From Promethearchaeum syntrophicum (GTDB taxonomy: Archaea; Asgardarchaeota; Lokiarchaeia; Sigyniarchaeales; Promethearchaeaceae), in NCBI RefSeq assembly GCF_008000775.2, contig NZ_CP042905.2, positions 3,300,001 through 3,332,000 of the forward strand: a stretch of 32,000 bases of DNA. The letters are read 5' to 3'. The notes beneath the pieces were generated by a model. The model was given only the letters and a program-made list of their open reading frames with translations, made no database searches and was not told where the DNA came from. Position numbers and translations under genes: made by a program. Positions 16,462 through 26,400 of the stretch are shown here, piece after piece. Position 1 is the first letter of the stretch, and each line of letters begins with the position of its first letter.

Positions 16462-18319
16462 AACGGCTGAAACAAAGCGGAGATATTATAGGAAAAAAAA
16501 ATCAAAATCAAAAAAAAAAACTAGTAGAAAGAAAAGTAAATCAAATGAAACGAAAAGAAATTTCGATATTTTAAAAAAAAAAAAAATTTTTACAAAAGAA
16601 GAAAAAAAAATACTTGATATTGGAAAAACGGCTTATAATAAGGCGCTAACTCATTATTTTATACCTTCACTTCCTGATCCGGATTTAATTTTCGATTATT
16701 CTAAAACAAAAGGATTTTTTATTGATACTTTCAGTTGGCGTGTAACCTTAAATCTCGCGAATACTCCTTTTTTGCATTTGGATCAAGAGTTCTTAGATTA
16801 TTTCTTTTCTTTAAGTCTTCATGAAATAGCTCATTATGTATATTGCCCATATGACAATCTAACTAATTTGCGCTTACTAGCGGCAGCTATAAAAGGAGGA
16901 GTTTCAAAGAACCATGCTCCAATGATTGTAAATATTTTTTCAGATCTTTTAATCGATAACCGAACACACAGAAAATTTAAAGATTTAATGAATTGGGAAC
17001 TGCAAATTACAGCGGAACAAGCTCTTCAAGAAAGCAAAAGGAATAAACTTAGCAAATTATGGAAATTACTGGTAAGATGCTATGAAATTCTTTGGGATAT
17101 TGAAATATTACCTAAAACAATGATATCGGATGAATTAAATAAAATAGCTGGAAAAACTTGTGATATAATTCTAAAAAATTATGAGAATGAAAGCCTTTGG
17201 GAAAAAAAGGTTCAAAAAATTGCTAAAATTCTGAAAGATCTTTTAAAAGAGGAATGCAAATTAGCCAATACTACGGAAAATATGGAAGGGAAAAATAGAT
17301 CCAAAAACGGTGATAAACAAGGAAATCCTTTTTCCATTCCGAATGATGTTTTGGAAACATTTGGGGATATTTCGGAAGTTAAAAACATTGATATGATAAA
17401 AGGTGGAGATTCAGGTAATAAAAAATCAAGAGGACCGAATGAGATATCTGAAATAGAAAATGCAGCTGAAGAACTTGCGCAGGAAATAGATTGCAAAACT
17501 TTTTTGGATGTTCTAAATCTTTATGGATTGGGTTCTCTTAATGAAAAATTGGGAATTTGGTATAGGAGTAGAGCAAAAAATTTACTTAGATTTAATTATT
17601 ATGAAAGTAAACCAAGTGGAGCAATCCCCTTATACCCAGAAACTTGGAGAATTGGAGATTCGTTAGAAGAACTAGATCCCGTTCAAACACTTTTAGCAAG
17701 TCCTTCAATAATTCCAAATATAACTACTCGTAAGTGGTCCCATCAAGAAGGTCCAAGTCATAGAATATCAAAAGAGCTTCCGGATATGATGATTGTAATA
17801 GACAGTTCAGGTTCGATGGATTGGGACTTTAAACGAAAAAAAATTTCTGGAAGATATCACATCTCCCTTTTAGCTGCATTCGCAGCCCTTCACTATGCAA
17901 TTAATAATGGAAGTCATGTTTCAGCAATCAATTTTTCAAATCGTGTCAAAAAAACTACATGGACAAACAATTTTTATAAAATAGAGCAAATTTTATTGAG
18001 TTATATTGGCCAAGGAACTGTTTTACCTACAAAAACTATGATACAAATGGCAAAATCGGCCGATCGTCCATCACTTATTATTTTGATATCTGATTTAGAA
18101 CTTTATAATTGGGAAAACGCACTAAAAACATTTAAAATCTTAATGCAAAGGGGGCATACTCTTATCGCTTTTTTTATTGATGGAGATGAAGAATTATTAG
18201 AACAAGAGGATTTTCAAGAGCTTATTGCAAGAGGTGCGAAATTTTATTGTGTTCACAAAATGAAAGATCTTATCGGACTTGTTATTTCTGAGGTGCAAGA
18301 AGTCTATACTAATCTATAA
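16454..18319 (+). CDS. VWA domain protein with putative metallopeptidase-like N-terminal domain (DUF2201-like)
   Basis: 'SLHEIAHYVYCPYDN' (HExxH) and C-terminal 'MMIVIDSSGSMDW' MIDAS; start revised from 16361 to ATG 16454, which overlaps the upstream stop by 8 bp (ATGACTGA). Confidence 0.75.
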   Translation: MTETAETKRRYYRKKKSKSKKKTSRKKSKSNETKRNFDILKKKKIFTKEEKKILDIGKTAYNKALTHYFIPSLPDPDLIFDYSKTKGFFIDTFSWRVTLNLANTPFLHLDQEFLDYFFSLSLHEIAHYVYCPYDNLTNLRLLAAAIKGGVSKNHAPMIVNIFSDLLIDNRTHRKFKDLMNWELQITAEQALQESKRNKLSKLWKLLVRCYEILWDIEILPKTMISDELNKIAGKTCDIILKNYENESLWEKKVQKIAKILKDLLKEECKLANTTENMEGKNRSKNGDKQGNPFSIPNDVLETFGDISEVKNIDMIKGGDSGNKKSRGPNEISEIENAAEELAQEIDCKTFLDVLNLYGLGSLNEKLGIWYRSRAKNLLRFNYYESKPSGAIPLYPETWRIGDSLEELDPVQTLLASPSIIPNITTRKWSHQEGPSHRISKELPDMMIVIDSSGSMDWDFKRKKISGRYHISLLAAFAALHYAINNGSHVSAINFSNRVKKTTWTNNFYKIEQILLSYIGQGTVLPTKTMIQMAKSADRPSLIILISDLELYNWENALKTFKILMQRGHTLIAFFIDGDEELLEQEDFQELIARGAKFYCVHKMKDLIGLVISEVQEVYTNL

Positions 18320-18357
18320 AAGAAAAATAAAATAATAAGGAATAATTTGGTGATATT

Positions 18358-19044
18358 ATGGTATTAACTGAAGAAAAAGAAAAAGATTATCAAGAAATTG
18401 TATTAAATGGTGCTAAAAAGATTTTTGAGGGTAAGCTCGTTGAATTTGGAGAAGGAAATGTATCAATTCGAGTGAAAAAACAGGATGAAATGTTTATTAC
18501 CCCTACACAAAATGATTATTCTACATTAAAATCACAAGAAATTGTACATATTCAGTTTGATGGAATTCAATTAAGTAAGGGACGTCCTGCATCATCTGAA
18601 TACCGTTTACATACCTCAATTTACCGTGCGCGTCCGAAAGCAAATTGTATCATTCATACTCATTCAGTCTATGCAAGCATGTTAGCAACAGTTAAACAAA
18701 AAATTCCCGTCTTATTAGAGGAAATGATTTTCTTCTTGGGAGGTGAAATAGAAGTTGCTGATTATACGCCGGCGGGAACCCAAGAAATTGGAGAAGTTGC
18801 CCTAAAAGCAATGGGTGATAAAAATGCAGTTCTGTTAACAAATCATGGAGTTTTAGTATGCGGAAGAGATATGAAAACTGCAGTTAAAAATGCAAAGTTA
18901 GTTGAAAAATTATCTAAAATATATTGGGGGGCTACTCAAATTGGAAAAATTCAAACAGTGAAACCAGAACAATGGCAAAAATGGTTGGATTTATTTAAAG
19001 CAATGCATAGCACAGTTCCTCGAAAAAAAAAAGTAAGCAAATGA
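18358..19044 (+). CDS. class II aldolase/adducin family protein (L-fuculose-phosphate aldolase-like)
   Basis: 'GEGNVSIRV', 'IIHTHSVYASMLA', 'EEMIFFLGGEIEVADY', 'LTNHGVLVCGRDMKTAVKNAKLVEKLSKI'. Confidence 0.88.
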   Translation: MVLTEEKEKDYQEIVLNGAKKIFEGKLVEFGEGNVSIRVKKQDEMFITPTQNDYSTLKSQEIVHIQFDGIQLSKGRPASSEYRLHTSIYRARPKANCIIHTHSVYASMLATVKQKIPVLLEEMIFFLGGEIEVADYTPAGTQEIGEVALKAMGDKNAVLLTNHGVLVCGRDMKTAVKNAKLVEKLSKIYWGATQIGKIQTVKPEQWQKWLDLFKAMHSTVPRKKKVSK

Positions 19045-19184
19045 AGCAGGGATTTTTAAATTTAAATAGGTTCAGAAATTTTTTTTTTTTAAACCTCAAT
19101 TTGTTTTTCGATAGTGTATGGATCATTCCTAGATATTATTAATATATTATATTACTGAGATTTTAGTTAAATTCGAAGATTAAT

Positions 19185-19757
19185 ATGCAGCAATTAAATA
19201 TACCAAATTTTGAACAGAAGATGCATTTAGAAGCCATACTTTTTTTATCAAACCAAGGGATATCAATTGCTGATCTGTCAAAGAAGATGAATCTTTCTCC
19301 TAAAACGATTAGAAAATTAGCCACAGAATTAATAGAAGATTATCAAAATCAATCAGATTCTTTGGAAATTTATGAAAATGAAGAAATAATTTATATGAAA
19401 GTTAAACCAAAAATTATGCGTGACCCGAAATTAGCGAAATTCCTTCATTCCCCGAAATTAAAACCAGGAGAAATAAAAACTTTAGGCTATATTGCAATCA
19501 ATCAACCAATAGAACAACAAGATATTATCGATTTTGTTGGTATCAGTGCAAAACGCTCCATTCAACAATTATTTAAACAAAATTTTATTGCAATATCAAA
19601 AATTCAAAATAAATATTTAGACGAAAATGGGAAAGAAAGAAAAAAAACAACTAAAGAATTTAAAACAACACAATTTTTTGCAGATTATTTCGGAGTAGAG
19701 AATAATATTAATGAAATTCAAGAAAAATTAAATGATTCGATATCAAAACTTTCATGA
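19185..19757 (+). CDS. scpB: ScpB-like segregation and condensation protein
   Basis: Two winged-helix-like units: 'EAILFLSNQGISIADLSKKMNLSPKTIRKLATEL' and 'LKPGEIKTLGYIAINQPIEQQDIIDFVGISAKRSIQQLFKQNFI...TTQFFADYFGVEN'. Confidence 0.75.
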   Translation: MQQLNIPNFEQKMHLEAILFLSNQGISIADLSKKMNLSPKTIRKLATELIEDYQNQSDSLEIYENEEIIYMKVKPKIMRDPKLAKFLHSPKLKPGEIKTLGYIAINQPIEQQDIIDFVGISAKRSIQQLFKQNFIAISKIQNKYLDENGKERKKTTKEFKTTQFFADYFGVENNINEIQEKLNDSISKLS

Positions 19758-19806
19758 AATAAATTTAAAATTAATCTTTTAAATAAGTCTTGTTCAATTT
19801 AATTTG

Positions 19807-20772
19807 ATGGAAAAAATTTATAATAAAAAAAAAACAATATCGAAGGGAGAATTTCTAAAAAAATCTAAAGAAATTAATCCACTTTTAAAAAAAATACAGA
19901 AAAACATTAACGTTGATGCAGGTTATGGAAGTTTTTTTATTACATCCACGAATTTTAAACTGTTTAATAGAGAATGGGTTCCAAAAAATATTACTCCATC
20001 ATCAAAGGTGATTATTTGCATTCATGGAATGCATTCTCATGGAGAAAAATTTGTTTTACTTGCAGATAAATTTGTAAATTTTAATTGGGTAACAATTGCC
20101 GTTGATTTAAGAGGACATGGGTTGAGTTGGGATAAATTTGAAGAGCGGGGAGATATTGAAAATTATTCTCTTTGGATTTCAGATTTAAAAGAATTCTTCA
20201 AATATATTTCTGAAAAATATAAAAATCTACCACTACACATCATTTCTGAAAGCATGGGGAGTGCGATTTCAATATTAGTGGCAATAAAAAATCCTTCTCT
20301 ATTAAAATCTTTAATATTACTCTCCCCTGCTTTAAAACCTTGGGCTGTTACTGAAATTAGTTTAATTCAAAAAGCATTTACATATGGATTGATTGGAGGA
20401 GCAGAGAAGCAAATTATTTTAAACAAAGCTAAAGGTAGATTTTCTACTAATTCTGAAGAATACATACAATATCAATTAAATGATCCATTCCGTTTAGATA
20501 AAGTGTCCCCACGGTATTATTTTCAAATAATTAAGATGATTCATCAATTAAAAGCATTAGATTTTAATAATTTTTATCCTACCTTAATTTTTTTTGGGGG
20601 TTCAGACCATATTATAGATTTTACAGGGCTTAAGGAATTAATTTATCGTTTGAAAATTCGTGATAAGGGTTTACACTACATCCCGAAAGCATCTCATGAA
20701 TTATTAACTGACCATCAGGCAATAAAATATAATCTCTATAAAAAAATAATATCTTGGATTCAAATGCATTAA
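19807..20772 (+). CDS. alpha/beta hydrolase (lysophospholipase / monoacylglycerol lipase-like)
   Basis: 'VIICIHGMHSHGEKFV', 'DLRGHGLS', 'HIISESMGSAIS' (Ser nucleophile), 'GGSDHIID', 'ASHELLTD'; ATG at 19807 preferred over the TTG at 19804. Confidence 0.85.
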   Translation: MEKIYNKKKTISKGEFLKKSKEINPLLKKIQKNINVDAGYGSFFITSTNFKLFNREWVPKNITPSSKVIICIHGMHSHGEKFVLLADKFVNFNWVTIAVDLRGHGLSWDKFEERGDIENYSLWISDLKEFFKYISEKYKNLPLHIISESMGSAISILVAIKNPSLLKSLILLSPALKPWAVTEISLIQKAFTYGLIGGAEKQIILNKAKGRFSTNSEEYIQYQLNDPFRLDKVSPRYYFQIIKMIHQLKALDFNNFYPTLIFFGGSDHIIDFTGLKELIYRLKIRDKGLHYIPKASHELLTDHQAIKYNLYKKIISWIQMH

Positions 20773-20861
20773 AAAACCTGATTTAAACAAAAAACAGTAA
20801 AAAGTAAAATGAGAATAGGTAAAAGAAAAAAAATCTAAGAATATATTTTTATTTAAGTATC

Positions 20862-22013
20862 TTATTTATTTTTTTTCTTTAAAATTGAAGAAGTTATAGC
20901 AGTTGCTGCAATAATTGCAACACTGCTACCTCCAATAATCCATGGCACCAACGATGAAGAAGTTCCAGAAAGTATGTAGTCATCTACTAAGTCTTCAAAT
21001 GGAAAATAACCAGCACCAGAGGTAACCACTACTAAATTCTCAGCAGGTAATACTAGAATATTTTGATTGAGCGATCCACGCGCACTGAAGCTATCTTTCC
21101 AGTCATATATCCACCATTTATAACCATACCCTACTCCAAAATTTCGTGCAAAATCAAGTTCGATATGAGAGCGCGTAGAATTTTCAACCCATTCTTTAGA
21201 AATAAGTTGCATTCCATCCCAACTCCCATTATTTAGATATAAATATCCAATTTTTGCCATATCTCTGGGGATTAAATTTAACAAAGTTCCTCCATTTGGG
21301 ACACCAAACCTATCTCCAGTCCACAGATAATTAGCAATACCTAATGGATCAAACAATGAATTTTTTGCAAGGTTTGCAGTTCCATTTTCAAAAACAGTGT
21401 TAATGATTGTTGAGAGCACATGGGAGCAACCAGTATTATAGTTCCATTCTTGCCCCGGTTCTGAATCCATTGGTTTACTGAGCACATATTCAGCAGGATT
21501 TCCAGAATCCATCATTGAGTAATAATCTGTCTCATCGATCCATTCTAATCCTGAAGTCATTGTTAGAAGGTGTCGAAAATTAATTCTCTCTTTCATTGGA
21601 TCCATATTTTGAATATTTAAATCAGGTAAATAATCCAATATTGGATCTTCAAGAGAATTGATATATCCTTCTTCAAGACAAATCCCCATCAATGATGAAG
21701 TGATAACTTTAGTGCAAGAATATATATTACTAGGGAAAGTTTGGGTGAATTCAAAACGATATTTCTCGTATACAATGTATCCATTTCGAATGACTAATAA
21801 AGATTTTAGATTATTAGTCCAATCACTGGACTCTATGTAATTATCCAAATCTTGTATTCTATTATTTATCATCCCTTGTTCTTCTGGAGTGGAAATCTGC
21901 CATCCATCTGTTGGCCAATAATCAGGAGTCCAATCATTATCCGAAACAGTTAAATGAATAGGTGAAATTGAGAGTGTGCATAATAATAAAATAATATAGA
22001 ATGAAAATTTCAT
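20862..22013 (-). CDS. secreted, membrane-anchored serine hydrolase (class C beta-lactamase / 6-aminohexanoate-dimer hydrolase-like)
   Basis: Signal peptide; 'SCTKVITSSLMG' (SxxK); 'PGQEWNYNTGCSHVLS'-like motif; 'GYGYKWWIYDW...FSARGSLNQNILVLPAENLVVV'; C-terminal TM with KKKNK tail. Confidence 0.85.
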   Translation of the reverse strand: MKFSFYIILLLCTLSISPIHLTVSDNDWTPDYWPTDGWQISTPEEQGMINNRIQDLDNYIESSDWTNNLKSLLVIRNGYIVYEKYRFEFTQTFPSNIYSCTKVITSSLMGICLEEGYINSLEDPILDYLPDLNIQNMDPMKERINFRHLLTMTSGLEWIDETDYYSMMDSGNPAEYVLSKPMDSEPGQEWNYNTGCSHVLSTIINTVFENGTANLAKNSLFDPLGIANYLWTGDRFGVPNGGTLLNLIPRDMAKIGYLYLNNGSWDGMQLISKEWVENSTRSHIELDFARNFGVGYGYKWWIYDWKDSFSARGSLNQNILVLPAENLVVVTSGAGYFPFEDLVDDYILSGTSSSLVPWIIGGSSVAIIAATAITSSILKKKNK

Positions 22014-22164
22014 GATGTGATCAATAATGAAAAACAGATTTATATATATATTGGTTTTGCATAAAGTGCAAAGTATTTTATATAGGTTGAATTATCTATA
22101 AAAATCGTATTTTTATTTAAATTGATTGAAAAGCATTACCCATAATTTAAATTTGCCTTAAAAC

Positions 22165-22310
22165 GTTTGTAATTCGTAAATTAATAATAGAAGTTACTCC
22201 TTAATATTTGAGACTTTTAAAAGATGAGTAACTCTAACCAATGTAACATCACGATTGGTTATGATGAAAAACTGAGATTTTTCCGTTAATTTTTTGGCCA
22301 TATCACCGAC
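22165..22310 (-). pseudogene. degenerate fragment of smc 3' end (ATPase C-terminal lobe, D-loop to H-loop region)
   Basis: Hand alignment to 23514-23660: about 30 mismatches and one 1-bp deletion over 147 columns. Minus-strand reading 'VGDMAKKLTEKSQFFIITNRDVTLVRVTHLLKVSNIKE*' versus SMC 'VADMVKELSEKSQFIIITHRDVTMARVDHLLGVSNIEG'. Confidence 0.85.
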
Positions 22311-22371
22311 AATATTAAAACACCGATTAAAGATTTTTATCCCGAATTTCAATATAATATTAGAAAAAAAA

Positions 22372-23331
22372 TTAGATATTTATTTTTTGGAAAATCAGGG
22401 GCCAAAATACAATCCCAAATAGTAATGTTAGCATGTGCATTAGAGTATTTTGCCAGAAAACTGATGAAGACAGAAATAGATCTAATCCCATAAAAAAACA
22501 TAGAATCAATATTAATCCAAGGATCAATCGAATTAAGCCCTTCCACCATTTTTTTTCACGTATGTTTTCATTAAAATTAATATACTTCTGTTCAACATAA
22601 AATCCAATACTCATCCCTAAAAGCTGTCCACATGGAGTTCCTATATTATATGTAGAATTATATAAGATTTCCGTTAAAATTAAAATTATAATCGCTAAAA
22701 TTATTCCACAAATAGAGAGTACTCCTTGATTAATTGCTTTTTTTTCAAGAAATGAATATATTGGGTTTCGCAAAATTAACACTAAAAGAAGTATAATCAT
22801 TCCAAACAACCATCCTGTCAATACATCTCCCAACCAATGAACGCCTAAATAATTTCTTGACAATCCTACAAGGATTATTATAATAATTGAAGTAACCCAC
22901 ATCCACCATTTTTTTAAATAAATTGCAATATATCCCCACCATACAGATGAAGACATTGCATGCCCACTTGGGGTGCTCAAATGTCCTGCACCGATTAGAA
23001 TCCACAAAGATTCATCAGGTCTTCCCCTATTTATCAAAGCTTTTGAATAAAAATTTACAAAATTTGAACCAACATAGACTCTAAACAGTGATTTAGCATA
23101 TTGCTTATTGATTCCCCAGTAGAAAATAAAAAACATACCATAATATACATAGGTTCCTCCAAATTCTGTTATAAATCTCCAAATATAATCAGTCCCAGGG
23201 AAAATATCTCTTAACCACTCGTTCCACCAAAAATCATATAAAATTGGAATAATGAGAAGAATAGAAATCAATATTACACAAATTATTATCGAGGTAATTT
23301 TAATCCAGATTAATTTATTTTTTTGATCCAT
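22372..23331 (-). CDS. PAP2 superfamily phosphatase (integral membrane)
   Basis: 'KALINRGRPDES', 'STPSGHAMSS', 'SRNYLGVHWLGDVLTGWLFG' plus multiple TM segments. Confidence 0.92.
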   Translation of the reverse strand: MDQKNKLIWIKITSIIICVILISILLIIPILYDFWWNEWLRDIFPGTDYIWRFITEFGGTYVYYGMFFIFYWGINKQYAKSLFRVYVGSNFVNFYSKALINRGRPDESLWILIGAGHLSTPSGHAMSSSVWWGYIAIYLKKWWMWVTSIIIIILVGLSRNYLGVHWLGDVLTGWLFGMIILLLVLILRNPIYSFLEKKAINQGVLSICGIILAIIILILTEILYNSTYNIGTPCGQLLGMSIGFYVEQKYINFNENIREKKWWKGLIRLILGLILILCFFMGLDLFLSSSVFWQNTLMHMLTLLFGIVFWPLIFQKINI

Positions 23332-23465
23332 TCAAACCACTTATATAATTGTTAGCTTATTCCCCTAAAAAATACTATTATGGAAATAAGGATTTCTTCT
23401 TAATGCTAGGTGGAATTTAATCATCAAATGTTCTGAATAGTAATATTGTTTATTCATAATTTAGA

Positions 23466-26400
23466 TTAAGCAGATTGAACAGCACTATTTTTACTTTCTA
23501 ATTGCTTCAATACGTTTCTAATTGACAAATTAATAACAGAAGTTACTCCCTCAATATTTGAAACCCCTAGTAGATGATCAACTCTAGCCATTGTAACATC
23601 TCTATGGGTTATTATAATAAATTGAGATTTTTCCGACAATTCTTTGACCATATCTGCAACTAAAGCTGCATTAACATCATCTAGCGCCGCATCAATTTCA
23701 TCAAGGATGTAATAAGGAGAAGGAACATGCATTTGAATACCCAGAATTAAAGCAATAATTGTTAAAGTTTTCTCTCCTCCACTCATTGCTTGAGTTAAGC
23801 ACCATTTCTTTTCTCCTGGTCGTGCCAAAATCAGAACACCTCCTTCAAATGGATCTTCTAAGTTTTCTAATTCTAACTTTGCTTCTCCGCCTTTGGACAG
23901 TCTGGAAAATATATATCCGAAATTTTTATTGATGGCATTAAATGTGTTTAGAAATACCTTTTTCTTTTCTTGTTCAAGAGATTCAATGAAATCCAAAATA
24001 GCTTCTCGTTCTTTTATGACACGCTCGTTTTTTTCTCCGAGTTCTTTGAATCTTTCTTCAATGTCAATATATTTATCTATTGCTCTAAGGTTTACAGCTC
24101 CTAATTGATTTTTTTGAAGCTCAATTTTCACAATTTCTTTTTGATGATTTGATTCTGATATTTTCAACAAATCTTCAGAAACTTCAATCTCTGGATTAAT
24201 AAAACATCCCCATTCGAGTATTTTTTGTTTGAACTCTGTGGTTTTTATTTCAAATGTATTTAGATTCATTTTAAGTGGGTAAACTTCATTTCCAATCTGC
24301 CCTACTTTTAATTGATTCTCTGACATGTTCATGGTTAAATTTTTCTTTTCATTCATTAATACAGTCAGTGCTTTACTTTTATGACTAATTTTCTCTTCTA
24401 GAACTTTGACTTTTACTTCATAGTCTTTTAAATCGTTTGAAAGTTCTTGAATTGAATTTGTAGTTTCTGCAATATCATGATTTCTTTGATTTAGTTGCGT
24501 TTGAGCTGTTGCTCTATTAGAACTAATAGTTTCGGTCAGTGAAGTGGATTTTTTGGTAAATTCAATTTCAATTTGAGTTGCTTCTTTTTGTAGATTTTTA
24601 AGCTGATTTTCATTTTGTTTTAATTGTTGTTTTATTGAAGATTCTTCTGATGAATCTAATTTTTCTTGAATTTCATTTTCTTTATTAATTAGATTAGTAA
24701 GAATTTTCTTGATTTTATCAATACCTTGCTCTAATTTTTCTTTTTGACTACTTTGACCATCAATTTCTTTGATAATCTCTTCAATTTCATTCTCATTATT
24801 ACTAATTGTCATTAACAATTGCTCAATACTAGCTTTACATACAGCGATTTGTTCGCTAATTTCTTTTGTCTTATTTGCGCCAGTTATTTTCAATTTATAC
24901 AAACGCGATATTTCTACACGATGAGCATTTATTTTAATGTCTAATTCACTGATTTGCCTATGGATTATTTGATGTGCACTTTCTAATTCTTTAATTTTTT
25001 GTTGGTCATTATTGTTATCAAAACCTAATCCTTTAGATTTCGTTTTCTGTCCACCAGTCATTAAATTCGACCCTTCCACTACATCTCCTTCTAATGTGAC
25101 TCTTTTAGCAGGAATTTTTAAACCACGGGCAGTTGGAATATCTTCAACAATAACACATCTTCCAAAGACATATTCAAAAGCATCTCTATATTTTTCAGAA
25201 AATTCGATCAAATCTACAGCCCGACCAATTATTTTTGAATCTTCAGGTAATCGAGAGATAAAAGGTTTATAATGAATGTTTTCAAGTGGGATAAAGGTGG
25301 CTCTCCCTAATTTGTTCTTTTTAAGATGATTTATACACTTTTCAGCAACTATTTGGTTTTCTACTACAATGAAATTGAAGCGATTTCCAGCAGCATATTC
25401 CATTGCAGTGTAATATTTTTTTGAGGTTGAACCTAACTGCGAAATTGTTCCAAAAATTCCTTTAATTTTCCCGGTTTTACTTAAATTTAATATTGCACGT
25501 TGAGCCCTGTTATTTGAAGTTATATGGTTAAGTATTTTTACCTTTGATTTTAATTCAAAAAGTTCTTTTTGAGTTTTATTTGAAATTGAGGTCATTTCTT
25601 TACGGTTAATATTCCACCCTTCGATTTCTTTTTCCATTCGGTTTATTTTTTTCTCAATTCCGTTTTTTGAGAAGTCTATATCCTCCAACCCAAGTTTTTG
25701 TTTTCTTTCAATCTTTAGATTCTCAATTTTAATTTTTAATCCAGCTAAAACATTGTGACTATCGAATATTTTTTTCTCAAGTTTTGATTTAGACTCGGTT
25801 AAACCTTCAATTTTCTGTTCAATTAACCGTAGATCACCAGAACACTGATTTTTCTCCTCTTTAATTTGATCAATTTCGATTTGTAATCTTTTTGAATTTT
25901 CTTTTATTTGAATGTATTCAACATCAATTGTTGACAGTTTTTTTTCTAAATCTTGAATAATTTGTGTTTTTTCATTGATTTGCGCAATAATTTTTTGTTT
26001 CTTGGCTTCTATCTTCTTAATTTCTTTTTTTAAATTTTCTTCTTGTTCATTTATTTGGTTTAGCCGTTCTTGAAGTTCCAATTGTTCTTGCTGGTAAGTT
26101 TTTAGGTTCTTTTTAGCATATGATAAAGATGTTTTTAACTCTGTCACTTTATTTTTCAAATCTTTAAGCTTGTTTGTCATTTGAAGTAATTCAGAATCCT
26201 GCAATTTTTGAATTTTTGGCTCCAATTCTTCTATCTTTTGCTTAAGGGTCTCAATTTCCTCTTTTAATTGCACTTCTTTTTTTTCAATTTCAGCAATTTT
26301 AATGTTGACCTCTATTTTTTCTTCAGCCATTTTTTCAATTTTTTCCTCAGACGTTTGGATCTTCACTTTATATAGTGCATTTGTTCTGATTTTCTCTTGG

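Noticed and set aside
17212-17496. 94 aa minus-strand ORF
   Set aside because: Antisense to the VWA gene
21658-23005. ORFs 21658-21840, 22349-22549 and 22745-23005
   Set aside because: Antisense or alternate-frame shadows of the serine hydrolase and PAP2 genes; none covers the smc remnant
23893-25272. Plus-strand ORFs 23893-24108 and 25012-25272
   Set aside because: Antisense to smc
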